A stretch of 64,000 nt of DNA, taken from positions 128,001 to 192,000 of the forward strand of contig OZ240245.1 in the NCBI GenBank assembly GCA_965198175.1, given 5' to 3'. The notes under the pieces are model-generated. The model was given only the letters and a program-made list of their open reading frames with translations, had not been told where the DNA came from and ran no database searches. The position numbers were made by a program, and so were the translations under genes. Positions 48,110-57,943 of this stretch are shown here, in pieces; position 1 is the stretch's first letter, and each line of letters starts with the position of its first letter. The DNA comes from Candidatus Poribacteria bacterium. GTDB taxonomy: Bacteria; Poribacteria; WGA-4E; PCPOR2b.

Positions 48110-48181
48110 CTGATGCACGACGCCCTAATGGTTGATTGGGGCGTCGTCAAACCTTTCGAAGGTTTGATGCGGGAGTTTTAC

Positions 48182-48469
48182 ATGGCTAAGTTTGTTTCGG
48201 TCCACATTATCGCCTGCATGACTCGGCAAGATGTTGAGCGTTTGCTTGTGCGATTTGCAGCCGAGGAGGACGACGGGGTAAAGAATCTGCGCGTACAGTG
48301 CGATACCTTGTCCGGTCGGATGGTCTGCGAATGGGAGGCGCGCGACCGCGATACTCTCGTGAAGTGGTTGAAGAAATGCGATGTGTATTTCCGCGGCGGT
48401 AGTGAGTGGCTGATGCGGGTGCAGCTTGAGTCCGTGGACGGCAAGATAGTAACGCTGACACGATCGTAG
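48182..48469 (+). CDS. Small DUF4242-like ferredoxin-fold protein
   Basis: GGGAG RBS, 'MAKFVSVH', 'GRMVCEWEARDRDTL..W'. Confidence 0.6.
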   Translation: MAKFVSVHIIACMTRQDVERLLVRFAAEEDDGVKNLRVQCDTLSGRMVCEWEARDRDTLVKWLKKCDVYFRGGSEWLMRVQLESVDGKIVTLTRS

Positions 48470-48498
48470 AGGTCTGTATCTTAAGCATAATTCCTATC

Positions 48499-49365
48499 AT
48501 GCATCATCTGACACGCCAAGTTGCCTTTGAGGCATCACACTATTATCGCATTCCTGAGCTCAGCGAAGCGGAAAATTACGCGCTCTTCGGCGCGACTGCG
48601 AACCCCAACAGCCACGGGCATAACTATGTGCTTGAAGTGACGGTAAAAGGAGATGTTGCCCCTGAACATGGGATGGTTGTCAATATCGCGATTCTAGATG
48701 GGCTCCTCAAAGAACGTGTTGTTGCAGACTACGATCACAAGCTGATTAACCACCAACATCCCGTCTTCGCAAACAACCCCGATTTACAACCGACGTGCGA
48801 AAATCTGGCGATACAGATATGGCGGACGATTGAACTGTATCTGAAAGAGGCGACCTTACATCGAGTCCGTTTATATGAGGATTCGACCGCCTTCGCTGAC
48901 TATTATGGAGAGGGAAAGATGGTTTATCACACCAAGGTCTATGAATTCAGTGCATCACATCGTTTGCACAGCCTAGAACTTGGTGATGCGGAAAATCAGC
49001 GAATCTTCGGAAAATGCAACAATCCTCACGGGCACGGTCACAATTATGTGTTAGAGGTTATGATTAAAGGCGAGGTGAATCCACGGACGGGGTTGGTTAC
49101 GGATCTGGGATTTCTTGATAGAATCATGGAAAAACAGATTTACGCTCGGTTTGATTTCAAACATCTCAACCTAGACACGCCTGAATTTGAGACAATGAAC
49201 CCAACTTCTGAAAATTTTGTGAAAGTGCTTTGGGATATTCTTGAACCGCATCTAAAGCCGGTCAAACTCTATCGGCTTCGATTGAGAGAGACGGCTAGGA
49301 GCAATTTTGATTATTACGGAGAGCAAAGGTTAACCGATGAAAATTTTTCAAGCGGAGTCCTCTGA
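48499..49365 (+). CDS. Double-domain 6-pyruvoyl-tetrahydropterin synthase (PTPS) family protein
   Basis: Two tandem T-fold domains: 'FEASHYY...[14 protein letters not shown]' and 'FSASHRL...[14 protein letters not shown]' (CX5HGH). Confidence 0.92.
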   Translation: MHHLTRQVAFEASHYYRIPELSEAENYALFGATANPNSHGHNYVLEVTVKGDVAPEHGMVVNIAILDGLLKERVVADYDHKLINHQHPVFANNPDLQPTCENLAIQIWRTIELYLKEATLHRVRLYEDSTAFADYYGEGKMVYHTKVYEFSASHRLHSLELGDAENQRIFGKCNNPHGHGHNYVLEVMIKGEVNPRTGLVTDLGFLDRIMEKQIYARFDFKHLNLDTPEFETMNPTSENFVKVLWDILEPHLKPVKLYRLRLRETARSNFDYYGEQRLTDENFSSGVL

Positions 49366-49939
49366 GGACAATACAACCACTCCAAATCCAGAACTTGAGC
49401 GCATCTACACTCAACTGCTGGGGCAAATTGGCGAAGATCTTGCGCGACAAGGGCTACAAAAAACCCCTCAACGCGCAGCGGAAGCGTTTCAGTTCCTGAC
49501 GCAAGGGTATCACCAAACCATTGACGAAGTGCTGAACGATGCGATCTTCGACGAAGAATATGATGAGATGGTCATCGTTAAGGATATTGAATTTTATAGT
49601 GCCTGCGAACATCACCTCCTCCCATTTCTTGGCAAGTGTCATGTTGGCTATATTCCCCAAAAAAAGATTATTGGCCTCAGCAAAATTCCTCGCATCGTAG
49701 ATATGTTCTCCCGCAGATTACAGGTTCAAGAAAGGCTGACTCGACAGATTGCGTTGGCGTTAGAAGAAGCGCTGAATCCTCTCGGTGTCGCTGTTGTCAT
49801 AGAAGCTCAACATATGTGCGTGATGTGTCGTGGCGTGCAAAAGCAACACCCGATAATGATGACCAACATGATGCTCGGCGTCTTTCGAGATGAAGATTCA
49901 ACTCGCGCGGAGTTCATGAGATGCATCCAGACCTCATAG
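49337..49939 (+). CDS. folE: GTP cyclohydrolase I
   Basis: 'GLQKTPQR', '[10 protein letters not shown]', '[21 protein letters not shown]', 'HMCVMCRGV'. Confidence 0.96.
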   Translation: MKIFQAESSEDNTTTPNPELERIYTQLLGQIGEDLARQGLQKTPQRAAEAFQFLTQGYHQTIDEVLNDAIFDEEYDEMVIVKDIEFYSACEHHLLPFLGKCHVGYIPQKKIIGLSKIPRIVDMFSRRLQVQERLTRQIALALEEALNPLGVAVVIEAQHMCVMCRGVQKQHPIMMTNMMLGVFRDEDSTRAEFMRCIQTS

Positions 49940-49987
49940 TGTCTGATCCTTAACAGTTCAGATTAAGAACGGAACGAAGAAAATGCA

Positions 49988-50701
49988 ATGTTGAAGAATA
50001 AGGTTGCGATAATCACTGGCGCGTCGCGCGGTGTCGGCAAAGCCACAGCACTGGCTTTCGCGGGTGCAGGCGCAAAGGTTGTCCTCGCCGCACGCACAAA
50101 ACAAGATTTGGATACTGTAGCAAACCGAATCCACACGGAAGGCGGAGTTGCACGTGTTATACCAACGGATGTAAGGCGAGCCGATGACGTAGTGCGCCTA
50201 ATTCACGAAACGTTGGAGACCTATCATCAGATCGACATTCTCGTAAACAATGCGGGCATCGGCGGCTTCGGTTTGGTGGCGGATTTTGAGGAGACGGAAT
50301 GGAATACGGTTATTGATTCAAACCTCAAGAGCATTTATCTCTGCTCAAAATATGCACTACCATCAATGCTTGAACGTCAGTCGGGGCAGATTATCAACGT
50401 GCTTTCAATTGCCGCGAAAGTTCCGTTCAAGGCATCAAGCGCCTATTGTGCGGCAAAGGCAGGGGCGCTCGCGTTCACAAAAGTCTTGTCGGAAGAAGTT
50501 CGGAATCAGAATATCCGAGTTACTGCTGTCGCGCCTGGCGCCATTCATACTACATTCTGGGACACAATCGAAGAACATCCTGCATTTGATCTGATGTTAA
50601 AACCAAAGCATGTCGCTGAAACAATCCTCTTCGTCGCCGCTCAACCCCCCGACATGGTACTCGAGGAAATTGTCGTTACCCCACCGCATGGCATCCTATA
50701 A
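49988..50701 (+). CDS. Short-chain dehydrogenase/reductase, probable sepiapterin reductase
   Basis: 'TGASRGVG', 'NNAG', 'YCAAK', 'PGAIHTTFW', 'VLEEIVVTP..G'. Directly follows PTPS and folE. Confidence 0.75.
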   Translation: MLKNKVAIITGASRGVGKATALAFAGAGAKVVLAARTKQDLDTVANRIHTEGGVARVIPTDVRRADDVVRLIHETLETYHQIDILVNNAGIGGFGLVADFEETEWNTVIDSNLKSIYLCSKYALPSMLERQSGQIINVLSIAAKVPFKASSAYCAAKAGALAFTKVLSEEVRNQNIRVTAVAPGAIHTTFWDTIEEHPAFDLMLKPKHVAETILFVAAQPPDMVLEEIVVTPPHGIL

Positions 50702-50779
50702 GGAGATAAAATCAGGAAATACGAATAGAAAATGGGTATGATGTGGAGAATGCGTATGCGTTCACTCACTTTCCACGTT

Positions 50780-52126
50780 TCACATCTCACGCGTGATAAA
50801 ACTGCCGCACTTATTACGGATACGTACGCGCCGGATACTGCGTGCATCTGCATCAGAAATCACAATGATTAAATCATCCGTTTCAATCTCATCGCCCGGT
50901 CTGGGAATTGTACTTGTCTGCTCAAGGATAAAACCTGCAATTGTCTCGTAATCCCCTAATGGAATCGGAGCGCCAAACTGATCATGTAAGATACTCACTT
51001 CCGCCCTTCCTTCACATTCAAGAATGCGCGGACTGACCAGACGGATATGCGCGCCTTCATCAAGTTCATACGAGAATTCCCCAACAATCTCCTCAACCAA
51101 ATCCTCGACTGTCACCAATCCGACAACGCCGCCGTACTCATCAACGACAAATACCATCGTGTGCCGGCTGCGCTGAACCTCTTTTAGAAGTACACTGGTA
51201 TTTTTCGATTCGGGGACAACGTGTAAATCCGTGCGGATAAAACGCTGTATGGTACGCGCATCACCGTTAGCGTAGATGACGTCGAGCAGATGAACAATTC
51301 CAACGATATTATAAATTTGCCCTTCGTAAACCGGAATGCGAGAGAATCCGGAATCCGATGCAGTCCGCAGGAACGTCTCAATATCTGTATTCTTCTTGAC
51401 TGCAACAATATCGACGAGAGGAACCATTACCTGCTCAATGGTCTGGCTCTGCAAGTCGAGAACGCTATGAATCATTCGGCGTTGATCCCTCAGAAGTTCA
51501 CCTGACTGTTCTCCCATTGTTGCCAATAGACGTAATTCATCGCGCCGGGCATCTGGCGAAGTAGATTCAGTGTTTTTGCCAATAATCTTTACGAGAAAAT
51601 CTGTGAAGTATGTCACAACATTTACGATAAAGCCTAAGATGAACTCGGAGATTCTTAGCGGATAGGCATAGCGTAAGGTAAGCGCATCCGCCTTGACACG
51701 AAAGATGGTTTTGGGGAGAAGCTCACCAAAGATTAGCAAGAGCACTGTTGTGACGCTTGTTGCAACCTGTTTTTGTGTTGTCGCAGACGCCTCTAGCAGC
51801 ACGACCACAAGCAATAACATAAGTTGCGCGGTAACGACGTTCGCCAGATTGGTTCCGACAAGCGTCAGCCCAAGCATCTTTTCAGGTTTTTTGAGGAAAT
51901 CTCCGATAATTTGCGCCCGTTTATTGTCTTCTTCGGCGAGTCGATTCACCTTAATCTTATCAACGGAGACTAATGCCGTTTCAGATCCAGAGTAGAAAGC
52001 AGACAATATTAGGGAAACAATTAGACCGAGGGTGAGGCAGGCAATCCAAATCAGATTGGCTTCTGTGAGTGAGACGAAGGAATCCGGTGAGGGAATCGCA
52101 CCCATTAGAAAACAGCAAAAAATCAA
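50780..52126 (-). CDS. CNNM/CorB-type (DUF21-CBS-CorC) membrane protein
   Basis: 'SAFYSGSETALVS', 'LVGTNLANV', 'IFGELLPK', 'VDEYGGVVGLVTVEDLVEEIVGE'. Confidence 0.92.
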   Translation of the reverse strand: MIFCCFLMGAIPSPDSFVSLTEANLIWIACLTLGLIVSLILSAFYSGSETALVSVDKIKVNRLAEEDNKRAQIIGDFLKKPEKMLGLTLVGTNLANVVTAQLMLLLVVVLLEASATTQKQVATSVTTVLLLIFGELLPKTIFRVKADALTLRYAYPLRISEFILGFIVNVVTYFTDFLVKIIGKNTESTSPDARRDELRLLATMGEQSGELLRDQRRMIHSVLDLQSQTIEQVMVPLVDIVAVKKNTDIETFLRTASDSGFSRIPVYEGQIYNIVGIVHLLDVIYANGDARTIQRFIRTDLHVVPESKNTSVLLKEVQRSRHTMVFVVDEYGGVVGLVTVEDLVEEIVGEFSYELDEGAHIRLVSPRILECEGRAEVSILHDQFGAPIPLGDYETIAGFILEQTSTIPRPGDEIETDDLIIVISDADARSIRRVRIRNKCGSFITREM

Positions 52127-52160
52127 TAATATGAGGAATTTTAGACGGGGTACTCTCGTT

Positions 52161-53537
52161 TTATTGTCCTATCGTGACGCCATCCGCACTTTGAGGAAGA
52201 TTCATAATCACGGCACCAATGAGATTTCCTTCCATTGCAGCAACCTCAAATCGGAGCCCGCGCTTGTCAGTCTGAGATTCGCCGACCAATGGAATACGCC
52301 CAAAAAGTCCCAAGACATAGCCACCAATCGTATCTGCAATTCCCTCATCAATTTTCAGGTTAAACTGCTGATTTATCTGTCTTACGCTGACTCGTCCGAA
52401 GACCTCAATCACACCAGAATTATCAGGGTGCATGATGATTTCAGGATGAGCCAGTGATGTATCATGTTCGTCAATGATATCCCCAACGACTTCTTCGATA
52501 ATGTCTTCAATGGTGACGAGACCGGAAATACCGCCATACTCATCTAAAAGAATAGCCATTTTTGTTTTTTCATGCGTGAATTCCGACAGGAGATCGGCAA
52601 TTTTTTTGGTTTCGAGAACAAAGAAAGGGAGATGTACAAGATTCTGTCCAGATTGTGTGCATCTGAAAGTGTGTCGATTGACGAGAAAATCCTCAATTGT
52701 CACGTTTCCAATGTCTGTCTTTCGCCATAAGGGAAGATCTTTGACATGGAAGACGCCAAAGATATTGTCGATTTGCTTGCGGTAGAGCGGAATCCGGGAG
52801 AGACCAACTTCCCTTGCTTTATCTAACACTTCGTGGATTGTGGCGGAGGACTCCATCGCGACCATTTCGGTTCGCGGCACCATAATTTCTTTGGCTTCAA
52901 TCTCACGGAGTTCGAGAATGTTGCCTAGGATTTCACGCTCATCGGCTTTTAACGTCTCCTCTTCATGTGTATTGACGATTGCCTTGAAATCTTCAGCAGT
53001 GATGCGATCCTCTCTGGGAATATGACTTCCGCCAAATAGCGGTATCAAAAGGTTGGTGATACCGCGTAGAACGGTGCGTAAAGGGTAAATTAGCACCGAA
53101 AAGCCCCAAAGTGGACGTGCTGTGATTCTAGAAAACCCTTCTGCGTATTTTATCGCATACGTTTTAGGAGTAATCTCCCCAAAAATCAGAAGCAGTAATG
53201 TAATGAGGATGGTTGCGGTGACAATGACAGGTCCCGATGGGCGTTGGGCGGGCTCAGTAAGCCCTTGACTAAACAGATTGTAAATAAGGGAGGCAGAGAT
53301 TATCGTAAAAGCCGTGTTAATGAAGGTATTCCCAAGCAGGATGGTGATGAACAATCGGCGGGGATTGTCTACGAAATTGACGATTGCAGCGGCGCTTTTT
53401 CTCTTTTCGCTGCGGAGACGTTCAATCTGTACCTTGTTCAGGGCACACAGCGCCGTCTCAGAACCGGAGAAAAAACCAGATAAAAATAGGAGCAGCCCCA
53501 ATCCAATCAAATGGGGCAAAAGCTGGGCAACTTCCAT
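52161..53537 (-). CDS. CNNM/CorB-type (DUF21-CBS-CorC) membrane protein
   Basis: 'SGFFSGSETAL', 'TILLGN', 'IFGEITPK', 'DEYGGISGLVTIEDIIEEVVGDI'. Confidence 0.93.
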   Translation of the reverse strand: MEVAQLLPHLIGLGLLLFLSGFFSGSETALCALNKVQIERLRSEKRKSAAAIVNFVDNPRRLFITILLGNTFINTAFTIISASLIYNLFSQGLTEPAQRPSGPVIVTATILITLLLLIFGEITPKTYAIKYAEGFSRITARPLWGFSVLIYPLRTVLRGITNLLIPLFGGSHIPREDRITAEDFKAIVNTHEEETLKADEREILGNILELREIEAKEIMVPRTEMVAMESSATIHEVLDKAREVGLSRIPLYRKQIDNIFGVFHVKDLPLWRKTDIGNVTIEDFLVNRHTFRCTQSGQNLVHLPFFVLETKKIADLLSEFTHEKTKMAILLDEYGGISGLVTIEDIIEEVVGDIIDEHDTSLAHPEIIMHPDNSGVIEVFGRVSVRQINQQFNLKIDEGIADTIGGYVLGLFGRIPLVGESQTDKRGLRFEVAAMEGNLIGAVIMNLPQSADGVTIGQ

Positions 53538-53808
53538 TTTGTTTGGTGTATCCGTAAGCGAGGCGGATATACAATCGGAGCCTCAGTCGGTCGTTGGTAT
53601 GGAACAGCAGTCTGATGATTATAAGCGCTTCTATTCCCCAAAACCTGAAACCTCAACATTGTAGCACATTAAGGAACAGAAAATCAAGGAAACTGATAAC
53701 TCAATCTGAGTTTACTCACAGATTCGATGAATCAGTGGCATTCGGGTTACAATGAACAAATTCAGGGATTATGCTTCTCATTCTACGAATTCCCGAAAGA
53801 GGTAATAG

Positions 53809-54470
53809 ATGACAAAACTGGGACACATGCAGCGGATTGAAGCGTGCGGCGTAATCGCCATTATCCGCACAGATAACGCATCTGAGCTAATTGAGGTTGT
53901 TGACGCTATTAAAACAATATTATCGAAGTCACGATGACCACGCCGAATGCCTTGAGCGTAATCAGCGATGTGGCGGCGAAGTACGGTGATGAAGTGTTGG
54001 TGGGAGTTGGATCGGTGCTTGATGCGGAGACAGCCCGTGCTGCAATGCTAGCAGGCGCAGAATTGGTTGTCAGCCCCGTAACCAAACCGGATATCATCGA
54101 AATGTGCAACCGGTATGGTAAGGTTGTTATGCCCGGCGCATTCACACCCACTGAGATTTTAGAGGCGTGGGAAGCCGGTGCAGACTATGTCAAAGTTTTC
54201 CCGTCAAGCGGTGTTGGCCCGGGCTACATCAAAGACATCAAAGCACCAATGCCACACATTCCGCTTGTTCCAACTGGTGGCGTCAACCTCAATAATGCAG
54301 GAGAATTCATCAAGGCTGGTGCAGTAGCATTAGGAGTTGGCAGCGCACTAGTTAATAATAAGGTTATTGCTGAAGGGCAGCTCAATCTTTTGACAGAACA
54401 AGCAAGGAGATTAGTTGAGGCAGTGCAAGTTGCAAAAAGCGAATCAACAAATGAGCGGGCATCAAGATGA
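53809..54470 (+). pseudogene. eda: KDPG/KHG aldolase, frameshifted by a deletion of about 10 nt near 53915
   Basis: GAGG RBS and ATG at 53809 give MTKLGHMQRIEACGVIAIIRTDNASELIEVVDAIK. The continuation NIIEVTMTTPNAL...VGVGSVLD...KVFP...VPTGGV is in another frame, and the expected GGV is missing. Confidence 0.85.
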
Positions 54471-54615
54471 AACCTAACCTCTGTCACGTTTCGCAGTTCG
54501 CGTCAATTATCGAACCCGCCTTGATCGTGTTTACGTTTATTTTTCAATAGCACAACCCGCTCAAATACGAAATGCTAAAAGCGCACCAGGCAATCGATCC
54601 TCTGCTAATTAAGGC

Positions 54616-54644
54616 TTGACAGCCTATTGGTCATATGCTACGCT
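54616..54644 (+). promoter_or_regulatory. Sigma70-type promoter of the kinase gene
   Basis: TTGACA-17 nt-TACGCT with TG extension. Confidence 0.55.
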
Positions 54645-54698
54645 TTTTACGCTAGCATACATCCCCGATACTACTAAGCAGCATTAAGGATTATGTAG

Positions 54699-56648
54699 AT
54701 GCAATTAGACGGATTGGTCTTAGGAAAATATTGGATTGAAACGCTGATTAACAGCGGCAGTTTTGCTTCCGTTTTTCGCGCGAAAGAGCAACTCACCAAC
54801 CGCATTGTCGCTATCAAGACATTGTCCAAATCTTCCTATCCCCCGGGGCGGATGCGTTATCTGCTTACCGAGCTGAGCGCGATGGGCTTGAATTGGGGCC
54901 ATCCGAACATCGTTTCAATTCATACGGTTGAACCCGGAGACGACAATTATATTGCCTATATTATCATGGAGCACGTTGATGGACCAAGTTTGCGGGAACT
55001 GATGAATGAAAAGCCGCTCCCGCCCAATCAAGCAATTAGCATTGCATTGGATGTTTGCCGGGGATTGAGTGCAGCGCATGAATGTAACATTATTCACCGA
55101 GACGTTAAACCGCAAAATATCCTCTTGACCTCTGATCTCACAGCGAAGATTTCCGACTTTGGCGTCGCACGCATTCTTGAAACATCGAACGAATATGCAG
55201 GAACCATCACAGGAACACGCAAGTACATGTCGCCTGAGCAGTACGATGGCAATTATGACCATCGGGCAGATCTCTACTCGACAGGGTTAACGTTCTACGA
55301 AATGTTGACCGGCAGATCGCCTTTTCGAGGTGCAGACCATAATGAGATGCAGGCGAAGAAGCGGTCCGCAGCGTTTGACCTTGCTGGCGTTCCTGAAGAT
55401 TTTCACGAAATCTTGCGAAAAGCATTGCATCCCGATGTGAACGGGCGTTATCGAACAGCTGCGGAAATGTACGATGACTTGGATGAAATTCGTAGAAAAT
55501 GGTATGCCGCCGCGACGAGAGGCGCCATAAGCAGTTACTCAAATACAGACATTTTATCTGCGACTTTATCCAAAAACAGAGGGGACTTAAGACTCTCTAC
55601 CGATGCGGCTGAGAAAATCGAATCAGAAATACTATACGAGAGGCGAGTTGAAGCAGAGGGACAGAAACGGATTGAGTGTGAAAATGAGGTGGATAAGCAC
55701 TATGAACTAGCGACTGAGAATCTCTGTTCTGATTCCCCACAGGTTGCCTTGCAGGAGATGCAACAAGCGCATCGCCTATACCTGACGAATGTTGGTGCAA
55801 CGAAGAAAGCAGATGCAATATTTCGCGAGCTGTCGAATCTTATTTCCAACCCCAACCCTCCCACAACAGCAAGGGATTTAATCAACTCCATCAATGGATT
55901 ACCAGCCAACGAGATATTGGAATTGAAGGAGTGGTTTTACAATCAATTCCCGTCCAGTGAGTCAGATGTCTCGTCCTCCCTCGATTCTCAAGTCACAGAT
56001 AATAAGCATCCACTGCCTCTAGGACAGCCCGCTACCCCAGGGCAAAATCCGTCGCCTGAATATATTTTGAAAAGCCTTCATGAGGAGATACGAAACTCTC
56101 ACGAAATCGAGGCGACTGAGATATGTCAATCCGCTGAAGAGTATGCTCGACAGAGAAAAGCGAGACGATCTCGATCAGAATATAAAAGACTCGGCGAATT
56201 TTATCGAAAACAAGCCGATCAGTTTATCGCATCAGAGGCTTGGGGATTAGCCTCCGAATGTTATGCACGTTCTCGACTCGCCTACATCGCAGCTCGACGC
56301 TTTGGTAATGCGAAACAAAGCGCCGGAGATGCCGGCATACACTATGCTACGTCAGCCGCGCTACTTGAAAGAGGACAAAGTTGGGCTGAAGCCGGCAGAT
56401 TGTATGTACTTTCGGCGGAACAATATGAATACACGGAGCAATCGGAACCGGCTGATGAGAGCCGCATGCGAGCAACAATCTGCTATTTCAACGTCGCTGA
56501 GGATGCACGTGCGGCTGGAAAGCTGAAACAGGCTTACGACTTTTGTGAAAAAACCTTGATGATTGAAAAAGAGATGCGCAGACCTTCTAAAGCGGCAACC
56601 GGCGCACGAAAACTAATCAACGAGATTGAGGGGCTTTTTTCGCGGTAA
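54699..56648 (+). CDS. Hanks-type Ser/Thr protein kinase with a C-terminal alpha-helical (TPR/SNAP-like) region and no TM
   Basis: 'SGSFASVF', 'VAIK', 'HRDVKPQN', 'DFG', 'GTRKYMSPEQ', 'DLYSTG'. Confidence 0.93.
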   Translation: MQLDGLVLGKYWIETLINSGSFASVFRAKEQLTNRIVAIKTLSKSSYPPGRMRYLLTELSAMGLNWGHPNIVSIHTVEPGDDNYIAYIIMEHVDGPSLRELMNEKPLPPNQAISIALDVCRGLSAAHECNIIHRDVKPQNILLTSDLTAKISDFGVARILETSNEYAGTITGTRKYMSPEQYDGNYDHRADLYSTGLTFYEMLTGRSPFRGADHNEMQAKKRSAAFDLAGVPEDFHEILRKALHPDVNGRYRTAAEMYDDLDEIRRKWYAAATRGAISSYSNTDILSATLSKNRGDLRLSTDAAEKIESEILYERRVEAEGQKRIECENEVDKHYELATENLCSDSPQVALQEMQQAHRLYLTNVGATKKADAIFRELSNLISNPNPPTTARDLINSINGLPANEILELKEWFYNQFPSSESDVSSSLDSQVTDNKHPLPLGQPATPGQNPSPEYILKSLHEEIRNSHEIEATEICQSAEEYARQRKARRSRSEYKRLGEFYRKQADQFIASEAWGLASECYARSRLAYIAARRFGNAKQSAGDAGIHYATSAALLERGQSWAEAGRLYVLSAEQYEYTEQSEPADESRMRATICYFNVAEDARAAGKLKQAYDFCEKTLMIEKEMRRPSKAATGARKLINEIEGLFSR

Positions 56649-56805
56649 CTTCGCCTATAAATCTGCTCACCGTACCTTGTGAGGAATAAACCATCCTCTA
56701 TGCTCAAATAGAAAGTAAAGTGCTCACAATACTTTTCAATGGGCAGATTTAGAGAGAATATCTATCAATTCTTAACATCATATTGTCAAGAGAGATTGGG
56801 GGAAA

Positions 56806-57624
56806 ATGGGCGCAAATCAGATTAAATCTACTCTACACAAGGGAGAAGTTTTAATCGGAACCTTTGTAATGGAATTTTCGGTGTCTTCAGTCGCAACCCT
56901 ATTGGCAAGCGCCGGCGCGGATTTTATCGTTGTGTGTATGGAACACACGACTTTTACGATAGAAACAGTCGGACGCATCATCAGGGCTGCTAGAGGGTCT
57001 AATCTGCCCAGCATTGTGCGGCCACCGGCTCTTGAGCGGCATTTCATCTCCCGAGCCCTAGACGCAGGCGCTTCAGGGTTGATGGTACCGCGCGTCGAAT
57101 CCCGCAGAGATGTTGAAAATATCACCGCATGGGCAAAATATGCGCCGGAAGGCGATCGAGGCGTCGCATTCGGCATCGCGCATACCGATTATGGAGATTT
57201 TCGCAAGTTAGATGGTGTCAATTACACAAAGCAGGCAAATGAGGAGATATTGATTGTCGGGCAGATTGAAACCGCCAAAGCGGTCGAAAATATTGATGAA
57301 ATCCTCGCTAGTGGCGGATTAGATGCCATCTTTATCGGACCCTACGATTTATCAACATCATTAGGGATATCGGGACAGCTCGATCATCCATTAGTCGTCG
57401 CCAACATTGAGGAAGTCATTGCCAAAGCGAAAGCCTACGATATTATTCTAGGGAGCTACGTGAACGATTTTGAGAGTGGAAAACGCTGGGCTGATGCGGG
57501 CATTCAATTGATTGCTTGTGGCAACGACGCTTTTCTACTGACCTGCAAATTTGCTGAAGAGCACCAGAAATTCAAAGATTACTCAGGTGGCAATCGGGGA
57601 ATCAACGCACCGGTGAATGGGTGA
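56806..57624 (+). CDS. HpcH/HpaI (GarL-like) class II aldolase
   Basis: 'MEH', 'LDAGASGLMVPRVE', 'KYAPEGDRG', 'QIET', 'FIGPYDLS'. Confidence 0.92.
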   Translation: MGANQIKSTLHKGEVLIGTFVMEFSVSSVATLLASAGADFIVVCMEHTTFTIETVGRIIRAARGSNLPSIVRPPALERHFISRALDAGASGLMVPRVESRRDVENITAWAKYAPEGDRGVAFGIAHTDYGDFRKLDGVNYTKQANEEILIVGQIETAKAVENIDEILASGGLDAIFIGPYDLSTSLGISGQLDHPLVVANIEEVIAKAKAYDIILGSYVNDFESGKRWADAGIQLIACGNDAFLLTCKFAEEHQKFKDYSGGNRGINAPVNG

Positions 57625-57691
57625 ATCGGTGCCCACCTATATTGCACACAAGGTCATGAACCGATAGAGCACATTTGTACGGAGCAAATAC

Positions 57692-57931
57692 ATCACAGCA
57701 TCTGAACTCTTAGCGAAAGTCAAGGCGGGCGAGTCCGTCCCATGCGATACATGTCACGGAGGCATTCCGGCGGATGACATTGGAAGGATCGCTTTTAAGT
57801 TGGGCAAGCTCGCGCCGCGAATGGACAGCGCACGGGTTGGATCGATTGTCTGCGTCCAGTGTCAGCACGATGATCCCAACATGGTGGTTGAACCCCGAGG
57901 ACCGGATATCAAGTTCGTGAGAGGCGATTAA
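57692..57931 (+). CDS. 79-aa CxxC...CxxC (zinc-ribbon-like) protein lacking a canonical start codon (ATC)
   Basis: GGAG 7 nt before ATC. (M)TASELLAKVKAGESVPCDTCHGGIP...FKLGKLAPRM...VCVQCQHDDP...PRGPDIKFVRGD*. Fills the gap between convergent genes. Absent from the ORF track. Confidence 0.6.
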   Translation: MTASELLAKVKAGESVPCDTCHGGIPADDIGRIAFKLGKLAPRMDSARVGSIVCVQCQHDDPNMVVEPRGPDIKFVRGD

Positions 57932-57943
57932 AGTAGGGTTGAG

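Noticed and set aside
48499..49365. queD (queuosine or 7-deazaguanine DNA modification next to the R-M locus)
   Set aside because: The motif is CX5HGH rather than CX3HGH, there are no queC, queE or dpd genes, and an SDR follows, which fits biopterin better.
57743..57757. CxxCH heme-binding motif (cytochrome c)
   Set aside because: No signal peptide, and a second CxxC pair favours a zinc ribbon.
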